NCBI GenBank assembly: GCA_965247095.1
Contig: OZ251997.1
Span: 2,848,001-2,912,000 of the forward strand
DNA length: 64,000 nucleotides
Direction: 5' to 3'
From: Candidatus Multivorans sp.
GTDB taxonomy: Bacteria > Acidobacteriota > Thermoanaerobaculia > Multivoradales > Multivoraceae
In this document: positions 45,863 through 54,286 of the stretch, one piece after another
Position numbering within the stretch: position 1 is the first letter of the stretch
Layout of the letters: each line of letters opens with the position of its first letter
Notes under the pieces: model-generated
What the model saw: only the letters and a program-made list of their open reading frames with translations
What the model was told of the DNA's origin: nothing
Database searches by the model: none
Made by a program: the position numbers and the translations under genes

Positions 45863-48697
45863 ATGCCTCACAACAAGGTCGCCTTCGCCTCGGCTGCCGT
45901 AGCGGCAGCCGCTCTGTCGTTCGCCCTACCTCCGGCCCCCGCGCCGGCGCAGGAACCGGCCTCGCTCGGCGGCGACGACGTCATCTCCCTACTCGTCCGC
46001 CTCGGCGTCAACGACACGGCCGCCCGCGACTGGGACGGCTCGCTCGAGGTAGCGGGCGGCGAGTTGCTCGACGTGCGCGACTGGCGTCCGCGCCTCGACC
46101 ATGAAGTCGCGGGCAACACCTGGAAGCTCGCCAGCTACAAGGGGCCGAACTTCGGGTACAGGGCATGGCACGAGACGCAGAACGTCGGCCCCGTCCCGTA
46201 CATCCGATCGCCCGGACTGGTGGTCGACATCCGCGGCAACGGCGGTTCGCGGCTGATGTTCGCGACCGCAAACGGGGAGTTCGACTTCCGGCTCGCCGAC
46301 GTCGCGTTCGGCCGCCGCCTGAGGCTCTTGGGCGGCGACGTGACCGTTGAGCGGGTACCCCCGGCCGAACGTCTGACGTCGGACGAGTACGAAGACGACT
46401 TTGCTGTGATCCTCGGCAGCGACAGCGACGAGGTGTGGGCCGCCTGGATGGGCTACCGGGACGGCGCCAACGAGGTGCTGGCCCGCCGCTTCGACGGGCA
46501 GAGTTGGGGAGACGTCCAGTCTCTCTCGGAACAGCCCGGAGATCACTACATGGTCAAGATGGGCCGCGACGGGAAGGGCCGCCCCTGGGTCGTCTACTCG
46601 GCGCAGGTCGACGGCAACTGGGATCTCTACGCGCGCGTCCTCGACGGCGACGCCTGGTCGGCTGCGGAGCGCCTGACCGAGGCGCCGCAACCGGACGTTT
46701 TCCACAACCTGGCAACCGACGCCGAGGGCAACCTATGGCTGGTCTGGCAGGGCTTCCGCGACGGCGCCGCGGACATCTTCGCCCGTCGTTACGACGGTTC
46801 GGGCTGGTCCGAGGCGGAGCAGGTCTCGTCGTCGCCGGCGAACGACTGGGAGCCGGTGATCGCCGCCGATTCCAAGGGCGGCGTCTACGTCGGTTGGGAC
46901 AGCTACGGCGCCGGCAACTACGACGTGCTGATCCGCCGCTGGGCGGACGGCGCGTGGGGCGAAGAGATGGCGGTGGCCGCGACCCCGAAGTACGAGGCCC
47001 ACCTGAGTCTCGCCGTCGACCCGCAGGATCGGGTCTGGGCTGCGTGGAACGAGAGCGGCGTGAACTGGGGCAAGGACACGGGGTGGGTGCTCAACCGCGA
47101 AGGCACCCGCCTGTACCAGTGGCGCACGATCGGTGTCGCCGTCCATGACGGTTGGGAATGGCGGTCCCCGGCCGCGGACGTCAACGCGGTAATGCCCGCG
47201 GAACTGGAGAACTACAACGACTTTCCGGTCCTGTTCCCGGACGCCGACGGGCGCATGTGGCTCTACTTCCGGCACCGCACCCTGCGCACCGCCGACGTGC
47301 CGAGCGAGGCGCCGGCCCACCGCGCCGCCTGGGAGATCTGGGGCACGACGCTCCAGGGCGACCGCTGGCTGCGGCCGCAGCACATCCCGATGACGCGTTT
47401 CCGTCAGGACGCGCGCTGGGGCCTGGCCGCCGACGGCAAGGGCAACGTCTGGGCGAGCTGGCCGATGGACAACCGGGACTACGAGGGCTTCCTGTACGAG
47501 CACGCCGACGTCTATGCCGCGAGACTGCCGCGGCTTTCGACGAAGGTCGTGCCGCCGAAGCTCACTGCCCGCCTCGTTGAGGACGCGATTCCGGCCTACT
47601 CGATCCACGAGAACGAGGCGGAGGACCTGGCGACAATCCGGGACTACGAGCTCGAGTCGGAGGGCAAGACCTACCGCATCTACCGCGGCGACACCCACCG
47701 CCACACCGAGATCTCGATGGACGGCAACAACGACGGCTCGCTGATCCAGACCTACCGCTACGCGATGGACGCCGCCGCGCTCGACTATCTCCTCGCCAGC
47801 GAGCACAACTTTCAGGGCGGCCCCGACAACGACTACATCAACTGGCTGCTGCAGCAGACGGTCGACGTGTTCTCGGTTTCCGGCCGGTTCCAGCCCTTCT
47901 ACGGCTACGAGCGGAGCCTCCGGTACCCCGACGGGCACCGGAACATCCTGTTCGCGGAGCGCGGCAAGCCGACCCTCCCGGTCACCGAGGCGGAGCAGAA
48001 CCACGAGGAGGGAGCGGCGAGACTCTACGGGTACCTGAAGGTACACGACGGCATCGCCATTTCCCACACCTCGGCCTCGAACATGGGCACCGACTGGCGG
48101 GACAACGACCCGGAGGTCGAGCCCTTGGTCGAGATCTACCAGGGCGACCGGGTCTCCAACGAGTACGAGGGCGCCCCGCGCGCCGCCCGCAGCGGCAACC
48201 TGCGCTCAGCGCCGGGCGGCTTCGAGCCCGCGGGCTACGTCTGGAACGCCTGGGCCAAGGGCTACAAGCTCGGCGTGCAGGCGGCTTCGGACCACCTGTC
48301 GACCCATATCTCGTACGCCTGCACGATCGCCGAGGACTTCACGCGGGAGGGGATGCTCGACGCGATGAAGAAGCGGCACAGCTACGGCGCGACCGACAAC
48401 ATCGTCCTCGACTACCGGCTGCGGACGGCCGACCGAGAGTACCTCCAGGGCGACATCCTGACCACAGGCAACGACTTCCGCCTCAGCGTCCGCGTCATCG
48501 GCACGACGCCCATCCGCCAGCTCGACATCATCCGCGACCAGACCTTCGTCTACAACCGCCAGAACCTCGACGCCGACGTGAGCCTCGAGTTCGCGGACTC
48601 CGATGTCGAACCGGGCGAGCACCTCTACTACGTGCGGGTGATCCAGAACGACGGCAACATGGCCTGGTCGTCACCGATCTGGGTGACGGTGGAGTAA
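45863..48697 (+). CDS. Large secreted protein: beta-propeller-like repeats + C-terminal PHP/DUF3604-like metallohydrolase domain
   Basis: Signal peptide; repeats like D..G..WVVW...GNWDLYAR; GDTHRHTEIS.DG; ISHTS; VEIYQG; ASDH; AWSSPIWV. Confidence 0.8.
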   Translation: MPHNKVAFASAAVAAAALSFALPPAPAPAQEPASLGGDDVISLLVRLGVNDTAARDWDGSLEVAGGELLDVRDWRPRLDHEVAGNTWKLASYKGPNFGYRAWHETQNVGPVPYIRSPGLVVDIRGNGGSRLMFATANGEFDFRLADVAFGRRLRLLGGDVTVERVPPAERLTSDEYEDDFAVILGSDSDEVWAAWMGYRDGANEVLARRFDGQSWGDVQSLSEQPGDHYMVKMGRDGKGRPWVVYSAQVDGNWDLYARVLDGDAWSAAERLTEAPQPDVFHNLATDAEGNLWLVWQGFRDGAADIFARRYDGSGWSEAEQVSSSPANDWEPVIAADSKGGVYVGWDSYGAGNYDVLIRRWADGAWGEEMAVAATPKYEAHLSLAVDPQDRVWAAWNESGVNWGKDTGWVLNREGTRLYQWRTIGVAVHDGWEWRSPAADVNAVMPAELENYNDFPVLFPDADGRMWLYFRHRTLRTADVPSEAPAHRAAWEIWGTTLQGDRWLRPQHIPMTRFRQDARWGLAADGKGNVWASWPMDNRDYEGFLYEHADVYAARLPRLSTKVVPPKLTARLVEDAIPAYSIHENEAEDLATIRDYELESEGKTYRIYRGDTHRHTEISMDGNNDGSLIQTYRYAMDAAALDYLLASEHNFQGGPDNDYINWLLQQTVDVFSVSGRFQPFYGYERSLRYPDGHRNILFAERGKPTLPVTEAEQNHEEGAARLYGYLKVHDGIAISHTSASNMGTDWRDNDPEVEPLVEIYQGDRVSNEYEGAPRAARSGNLRSAPGGFEPAGYVWNAWAKGYKLGVQAASDHLSTHISYACTIAEDFTREGMLDAMKKRHSYGATDNIVLDYRLRTADREYLQGDILTTGNDFRLSVRVIGTTPIRQLDIIRDQTFVYNRQNLDADVSLEFADSDVEPGEHLYYVRVIQNDGNMAWSSPIWVTVE

Positions 48698-48698
48698 G

Positions 48699-48770
48699 CC
48701 CTGTGGCCGCGGGCATCCTGCCCGCCCTGTGGCCGCGGGCATCCTGCCCGCATCTGGCGCCAAGCACCGG
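48699..48770 (+). repeat. Tandem 26-bp REP duplication
   Basis: CCCTGTGGCCGCGGGCATCCTGCCCG twice, then a degenerate mini-hairpin. Confidence 0.85.
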
Positions 48771-48787
48771 CCCCCCTTGGCGGTAGC

Positions 48788-49984
48788 ATGCAACTGCCGA
48801 TGCTCCGTTCCTTCTTCGCGGTTGCCGTCTGTGGTCTCTCGACTGCCACCGTCCTCGCCCAACCCCCCGGCGACCTCGGCGACCGGATGCGGGAGCGCAG
48901 CCGGCAAATCGACGCCCGGCTCGCCGACGACCCCTACGTCGGCATTCACGGCAGCTCGGGCATCGAACGCGGCCTGTTCAAGATCGAGTCGACCGGCGTG
49001 TCGACGGAGCCCGTCCGCCTGGCCGCGAAGAACTTCCTCACGGCCCTGTCCGCCGGGCAGCGCGCCAAGACGATGTTCCCGATCGACGACGACGAGTGGC
49101 GCAAGTGGATGAACCAGCACTTCTACGTCCGCCAAGGCGTCGGCTTCGACGAGATGGACGAAGCCCAGCGGGAAGCGGCCTTCGGCCTGATGCGGGCCTC
49201 GTTGAGCGCCGACGGGCTCAAGCTGAGCCGCGACATCATGAACCTCAACCGCACCCTCGGCGAACTGAACAACGACAACTTTGCCGAGTACAACGAGTGG
49301 CTGTACTGGATCACCGTGATGGGCGAGCCCTCGGCCGACCAGCCCTAGGGTTGGCAAGTCGACGGTCACCACCTGATCATCAACTACTTCGTGCTCGGCG
49401 ATCAGGTCGTCATGACGCCGCTGTTCATCGGCTCGGAGCCGGTCATCGCCGAGTCCGGGAAGTTCAAGGGCACGGCGATCATGCAGCGTGAGCAGGACCG
49501 GGGCCTCGCGCTGATCCGCTCGCTCACCGAAGAGCAGCGCGCGAAGGCGGTCATCGAAACGTCGAAGGACGGCAACGACAACCTCGGCGAGGCGTTCAAC
49601 GACAACGTCGTCCTCGACTACGCCGGTATCCCCGCCGCCGAGCTCTCAGCCGAGACCAGGGAGCAACTGCTCGACCTGATCGGCATCTACGTCCACAACA
49701 TGCGAGAGGGCCACGCCAGAGTGCGAATGGACGAGGTCGAGCGGCACCTCGACGAGACCCACTTCGCCTGGATCGGCGGCACCGGCGGCGACGCGGTCTT
49801 CTACTACCGCATCCACAGCCCGGTCATCCTGATCGAGTTCGACCACCAGCGCCCGGTCGGCATCCGTCATCTCGTTGCCGGCCGCAGCCCGATCCGCCAG
49901 CACATCCACGCCGTCGTCCGCACACCGAACGGCAACGACTACGGCAAGGACCTGCTCCGGCAGCACTACGAGCGGGACCACTAG
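48788..49984 (+). pseudogene. DUF3500 protein interrupted by in-frame TAG (49346-49348)
   Basis: Both ORFs share a frame; junction reads [17 protein letters not shown] where PWGWQ..GHH is expected; C-terminal [15 protein letters not shown] intact. Confidence 0.8.
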
Positions 49985-49999
49985 CCACTCCGCTCCACC

Positions 50000-50168
50000 C
50001 CGGGAACCCGGGTGGCGCGATCCGCGCCACCCGTGAACCACTCCGTGCGCCTGTCATCGGGCGCACGGATGGCACGCGGGCATCCTTGCCCGCATCCGCC
50101 CTGGGAACGCGGGCATCCCTGCCCGCATCCGGACCTGGGAACGCGGGCATCCCTGCCCGCATCCGGAC
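50000..50168 (+). repeat. REP array on left flank of RAYT
   Basis: Three-hairpin unit plus two GGGAACGCGGGCATCCCTGCCCGCATCC copies. Confidence 0.93.
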
Positions 50169-50813
50169 TCAACGAAGAGCCGTGTTCCGTCGCCGCGCCG
50201 CACTGCCCCACAGCCAATCTCCTGGTGACACCGCCAGTCCGGCCTTGACCGGGTTACCCTCGATGTACTCGGTAGTGGCCCTCAAGTGCCCCTCGTTCCG
50301 AATGAAGCGATCGACATAGTCCGGCATCCAGAAGGCCCCCGATCGCCCCAGCACCCGGTTGGCTCGTTGTGCCGAGAAGGACTTCCACGAGTGCACGACA
50401 ACATCCAATGGGAATCCAGGGAGAGTCTCGATCAGGACGTGCACGTGGTTGGGCATAACGACCCAAGCAATCAAGTGATATCGGCGGCTGTCGAAGTGCA
50501 GCAGTGTGGCTTCGATCTGCTCGGCAATACGCGGATCACGCAGCCAGCATTCCCCGTGCCCCTCGTCGGCCCAGCGGTCTATCCGCCTCCGGAGACTCGC
50601 GCAACGTGGGTCGTCCGCCGAGGTATCGGACCTGATGCCCAACTCGTCCTTCCAGCGAAGGACGACTTCGGAGGGCACCGAATCGACCAAGCGGAAAGTC
50701 ACGAACTGGACTAGGCCGGGTTCATCAAGGTGCGGAATGTAGCCTCGACTGTGCCACGCTCGGTGCCGTCTGGAGGCCTGTGGGGGCAGGCGGATGGACT
50801 CGAGGCCTGACAT
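50169..50813 (-). mobile_element. REP-associated tyrosine transposase (RAYT/TnpA-REP, Y1 HUH superfamily)
   Basis: WHSRGYIPH; FVTFRL.DS; WVVMPNHVHVL (HUH); WKSFSA; FW..DY.DRFIR; YIEGNPVKAGL (catalytic Tyr); flanked by REP arrays. Confidence 0.93.
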
Positions 50814-50858
50814 CGCTCGCCCCAGATACGTTGGAGGGAGCCCAAGCGTCTATCAAGG

Positions 50859-51050
50859 CCGGATGCGGGCAGGGATGCCCGCGTTCCCAGGGCGGGCAGG
50901 GATGCCCGCGTGCCATCCGCGCGCTCGATGACGAGCGCACGGAGTGGTTCACGGGTGGCGCGGATCGCGCCACCCGGGTTCCCAGGGGCGGATGCTTGGC
51001 GAAAACGCCCGCGTTCCCAGAGCGGGCAGGATGCCCGCGTTGGGTCCCAG
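50859..51050 (-). repeat. REP array on right flank of RAYT, inverted relative to the left array
   Basis: Reverse-complement REP units and the three-hairpin unit (...CGGATCGCGCCACCCGGGTTCCCAGGG), plus two degenerate REPs. Confidence 0.93.
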
Positions 51051-51061
51051 GGGGGCCGCGA

Positions 51062-52528
51062 CTACTCGAAGAAGCGAGCCAGGACCACGTAGCGCACGAC
51101 CAGCAGCGCCATCGCGATCTCGAACACGAAGACGAGCCACAGCCCGATCTGGGTCAGCCGGCGCGGCCGGATCCGCGGGTCCATTCGCTTTCGCTGGAGC
51201 CATAGCGTGGCGCCGCACTGGACCGGCAGGAGGATCGCCGAGGTCAGGCCGCCGACCATGATCAGGACGACGAAGTCGGTGACGAAGTAGTAGATCCCGA
51301 AGGCGGCGAGAGGCAGGAAGACGAGATATCCGCGGATGATCTTCTTGCGCAGCGCCAGGTTGGAGCGCTCGATCAGGCCCATCTCCATCAGGTAGTCCGG
51401 GATCGTGCGGCCGCCGCCGCCGGCGCCGGAGAGCACGGTCGAGAACAGGATGCAGAAGGCGCCGATGGCGAAGATCCACACCGCCCACAGGCCGAGGGTC
51501 TGGGTGAAAATGTTGGAGAGCGCCCCGATCGTTTCGTCGTTGCCCTCGGGGGTCAGGCCCATCTTGTTCAGCACCCCGGCGCCGAGGACGTAGTAGGGGA
51601 TCGTGGCGCAGGTGACGATGATGAGCGCCAGCCAGACGTCGGTGTGGAGCACCCGCATCCAGCCCCGGGCGTGCGGCTCCCAGTTCGGGTCGCTGCGGTC
51701 GGCGCCGAGCAGGCTCGGGTAACCCTTCTCGACGCACCAGTAGGTGTAGGAGGCGATGTCGCCGGAGGTGGTGCCGGTGTACCCGTAGGCAGAGAGGGCC
51801 AGGGCCGCGAACACGACGAACAGGGACATGTCCGGCTTCATGCCGCCGAGGATCTCGCCGGGCGTGGTGCGGAACTCGGTGAACTGCATCGCGATGAGGC
51901 AGACCAGGGTGCAGAACGTGAACGCGATGACCAGGGGGAGCATCACCCGCTCCAGCCACTTGTAGGAGCCGGTGCCGAGGATAATCGAGCCGGCGACGGC
52001 GATGAGGAACGTGCAGAACACCCCGCCGATCTCGATGTTCGCCAGCGAGGCGAGGAAGGACATCGACTGGCCGGCGCCGCCGATGATGCCGCCGAGGCCC
52101 ATCGTCCCCGGGACGTAGGCGAGCAAGCCGAGCCAGATCGGCCAGGAGATCCTCCAGATGCGCCCGGGCACCCGGTTGATCGCACGCAGGTAGGTGTCGC
52201 CCGACTCGATCGTGTAGCGGGCCAGCTCCGCCTGGACCAGGGACTTGCACCAGCAGGACAGGAGCATCCACCACAGCAGGGTGAAGCCGGCGGCCGCGCC
52301 CAGGCTGGTCGTGAGGACCAGTTCGCCCGAGCCGATCACCGCGCCGGTGACGATCAGGCTCGGCCCGAGATACTTCAGCCGGCCCCGGAACGTCGCCGGC
52401 GGCGCCACGCTCTCGCCATGCCGGACGGTGTACGGATCGAGTGCTTGGTTAGCCAGGGGAGGTTCCGGCGCGACTAGCTTGCGCGGCAAGAACAGGCGCT
52501 CCTGGGAACGCGGGCATCTTGCCCGCAT
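51062..52528 (-). CDS. Nramp-family divalent metal transporter (start uncertain)
   Basis: LKYLGPSLIVTGAVIGSGELV..T..GA..GF.LLW; YTYWCVEKGY; many TM helices. The only upstream ATG lies inside a REP. Confidence 0.85.
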   Translation of the reverse strand: MRARCPRSQERLFLPRKLVAPEPPLANQALDPYTVRHGESVAPPATFRGRLKYLGPSLIVTGAVIGSGELVLTTSLGAAAGFTLLWWMLLSCWCKSLVQAELARYTIESGDTYLRAINRVPGRIWRISWPIWLGLLAYVPGTMGLGGIIGGAGQSMSFLASLANIEIGGVFCTFLIAVAGSIILGTGSYKWLERVMLPLVIAFTFCTLVCLIAMQFTEFRTTPGEILGGMKPDMSLFVVFAALALSAYGYTGTTSGDIASYTYWCVEKGYPSLLGADRSDPNWEPHARGWMRVLHTDVWLALIIVTCATIPYYVLGAGVLNKMGLTPEGNDETIGALSNIFTQTLGLWAVWIFAIGAFCILFSTVLSGAGGGGRTIPDYLMEMGLIERSNLALRKKIIRGYLVFLPLAAFGIYYFVTDFVVLIMVGGLTSAILLPVQCGATLWLQRKRMDPRIRPRRLTQIGLWLVFVFEIAMALLVVRYVVLARFFE

Positions 52529-52545
52529 CCGGCGCGAAGCGACGG
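52474..52545 (+). repeat. Short REP element retaining the left end of the long element
   Basis: CTAGCTTGCGCGGCAAGAAC...CCTGGGAACGCGGGCATCTTGCCCGCATCCGGCGCGAAGCG. Confidence 0.85.
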
Positions 52546-52638
52546 TCTGTGGGTTGAGGAAGGGGAGGGTATCAGCCTCAGCCGTCGAAGCCGCTCCACC
52601 TTTCTTGTCGCGGCGGCGGTTGAGTTACCATGGTTCCT

Positions 52639-52866
52639 ATGCAGACTGAGTCGCAGACGGTCGTGCATTCCGACCCGGACATTCTGGCGGGCACCCCGGT
52701 CTTCCGCGGGACGCGAGTACCGGTTCAGTCGCTCTTCGACTACTTGGAGGGTGGTGAGACGCTCGACGAGTTCCTCGATCAGTTTCCGTCGGTGTCGAAG
52801 AAACAGGCACTCGCCGCATTGGATCTGGCCTGCGATTACGTGCTAGGCCGTGCGCGTCCTGCTTGA
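52639..52866 (+). CDS. DUF433 protein (putative antitoxin)
   Basis: DPDILAGTPVFRGTRVPVQSLFDYLEGGETLDEFLDQFPSVS. Confidence 0.92.
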   Translation: MQTESQTVVHSDPDILAGTPVFRGTRVPVQSLFDYLEGGETLDEFLDQFPSVSKKQALAALDLACDYVLGRARPA

Positions 52867-53185
52867 CGAGAACCTGCCGCGTGCCTTCGCCTCGGAGTTG
52901 AAGGGGCATCGTGTCAGGACCGTTCAGTCCATGGGGTGGTCAGGCACGAAGAACGGCGAGTTGCTTCGAAGGGCGGACGGTCGTTTCGATGCCTTGTTGA
53001 CCATGGACCGGGGGTTTGAACACCAGCAGAACCTGGGTGCTCTTGGTGTGCGGGCAGTGATCATCCGCGCGAGTTCCACCCGACTGGTTCACCTGAGACC
53101 GCTTGTTGGCGAGATTCTGAGGACCCTGGAGGCCTTGCCGCCTGGCGAGTGGTGCGAGATCGGGGCCTCGGTTCGCCAACCATGA
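52850..53185 (+). CDS. DUF5615 PIN-like protein (putative toxin)
   Basis: MRVLLDENLP; GWSGTKNGELL; LLTMDRGFEHQQNL. Confidence 0.9.
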   Translation: MRVLLDENLPRAFASELKGHRVRTVQSMGWSGTKNGELLRRADGRFDALLTMDRGFEHQQNLGALGVRAVIIRASSTRLVHLRPLVGEILRTLEALPPGEWCEIGASVRQP

Positions 53186-53212
53186 CCTGGGCCGAGGGCC
53201 GCAGCGCCCCCG

Positions 53213-54253
53213 TCAGTCGATGATGATGCGCGGCTCGCGACGCTCCTCAGCCGCTTCCTTCTCCAGCAGCCGGGCGCCGCGGAGCATGTTGCCCATCGCG
53301 TAGTTCCCCTCGTGGCAGGCGTACTCGTACAGCCGCTTGTCCGTCTGCGGCCACGGTAGCGAGCCCGTGAACGGGGCCTCGTAGTCGGAGTCCTCGACCG
53401 TGAACTCGTAGAACAGGGTCGAAGCATCGATCCGCCGGAGGCGCTCGGTCACGCGTAACCCGTCGTGGGGGACGTTCGGGGCGCGCAGGAAGTTCGTCGT
53501 CTCGACGACGAGGGTGTCGCCGTCCCACCAGCCGATCGAGTCGCCGCCGAACGAGCGGACCTCGGGCTGCGCGTGCTCGGCGTCGAGTCGGACGATCCGC
53601 GTCCAGTGCATCCACTCGACGTGGATCGCCACATGGGTCTCGGTCTGTGTGATCGTCTTCAGGTTGTTGTAGGCCGATGGCCGGGCCGGCACCGTGGCGC
53701 CGCCGGCGTAGAGGCAGCGGGTGCCCAGGGTCTGGTTTTCCGGGTCGTCGAAGAGGGTCTCGCCGGTCTCGAGCCACCAGGCGCCGCCGGGGTTCCGGTT
53801 GAACGCGCCGAGGCCCAGCGGCGTAAGCGCCTGCCCGCGCTCCGTCTTGGCCGGCAGCCGTCCATCGGCCGGGTCGGTGATCAAGGAGTTGCGGTACTTG
53901 CCGTCGACGGTGAAGACGGTGCTGCCGAAGTCGAACCAGAACTGGTTGTGGCCGCCGATGTTGCTGCGGTGCCCGTCGCCGCCGACCGGCGGCGCCTTGC
54001 GGTCCGGTTCGCTGGGGACGTCGGCCTCGACCTTCGTCGCTTCGGTGGCGGCCGCGATCCGGTGCGCGTCCCCGGCGCTCATCCAGGGGTCTTCGCCGTA
54101 CTTCGGGTCGCGCATCAGGGGCGTGCGGGTGGCGATGTCGTAGGTGCCCGAGAGGTCCGGCCTGCCGCTTGGGGTGCGGGGAATGTCGTCCTGGGCTGAG
54201 GCCGCGGTAGGCAGGCAGAGGGCGGCGGCGAGAAGGAGGAGACGGGTTCGCAT
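53213..54253 (-). CDS. Conserved secreted hypothetical protein
   Basis: Signal peptide; IPRTPSGRPDLSG; GDSIGWWDGDTLVVETTNF; YEYACHEGNY. Confidence 0.8.
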   Translation of the reverse strand: MRTRLLLLAAALCLPTAASAQDDIPRTPSGRPDLSGTYDIATRTPLMRDPKYGEDPWMSAGDAHRIAAATEATKVEADVPSEPDRKAPPVGGDGHRSNIGGHNQFWFDFGSTVFTVDGKYRNSLITDPADGRLPAKTERGQALTPLGLGAFNRNPGGAWWLETGETLFDDPENQTLGTRCLYAGGATVPARPSAYNNLKTITQTETHVAIHVEWMHWTRIVRLDAEHAQPEVRSFGGDSIGWWDGDTLVVETTNFLRAPNVPHDGLRVTERLRRIDASTLFYEFTVEDSDYEAPFTGSLPWPQTDKRLYEYACHEGNYAMGNMLRGARLLEKEAAEERREPRIIID

Positions 54254-54286
54254 GGGATGTTCTCCGGCTGGGACTCTTCCGTTTGG

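Noticed and set aside
49346-49348. Pyrrolysine or genome-wide amber recoding
   Set aside because: The position corresponds to an expected Trp (one transition away), and TAG terminates many intact genes in the window.
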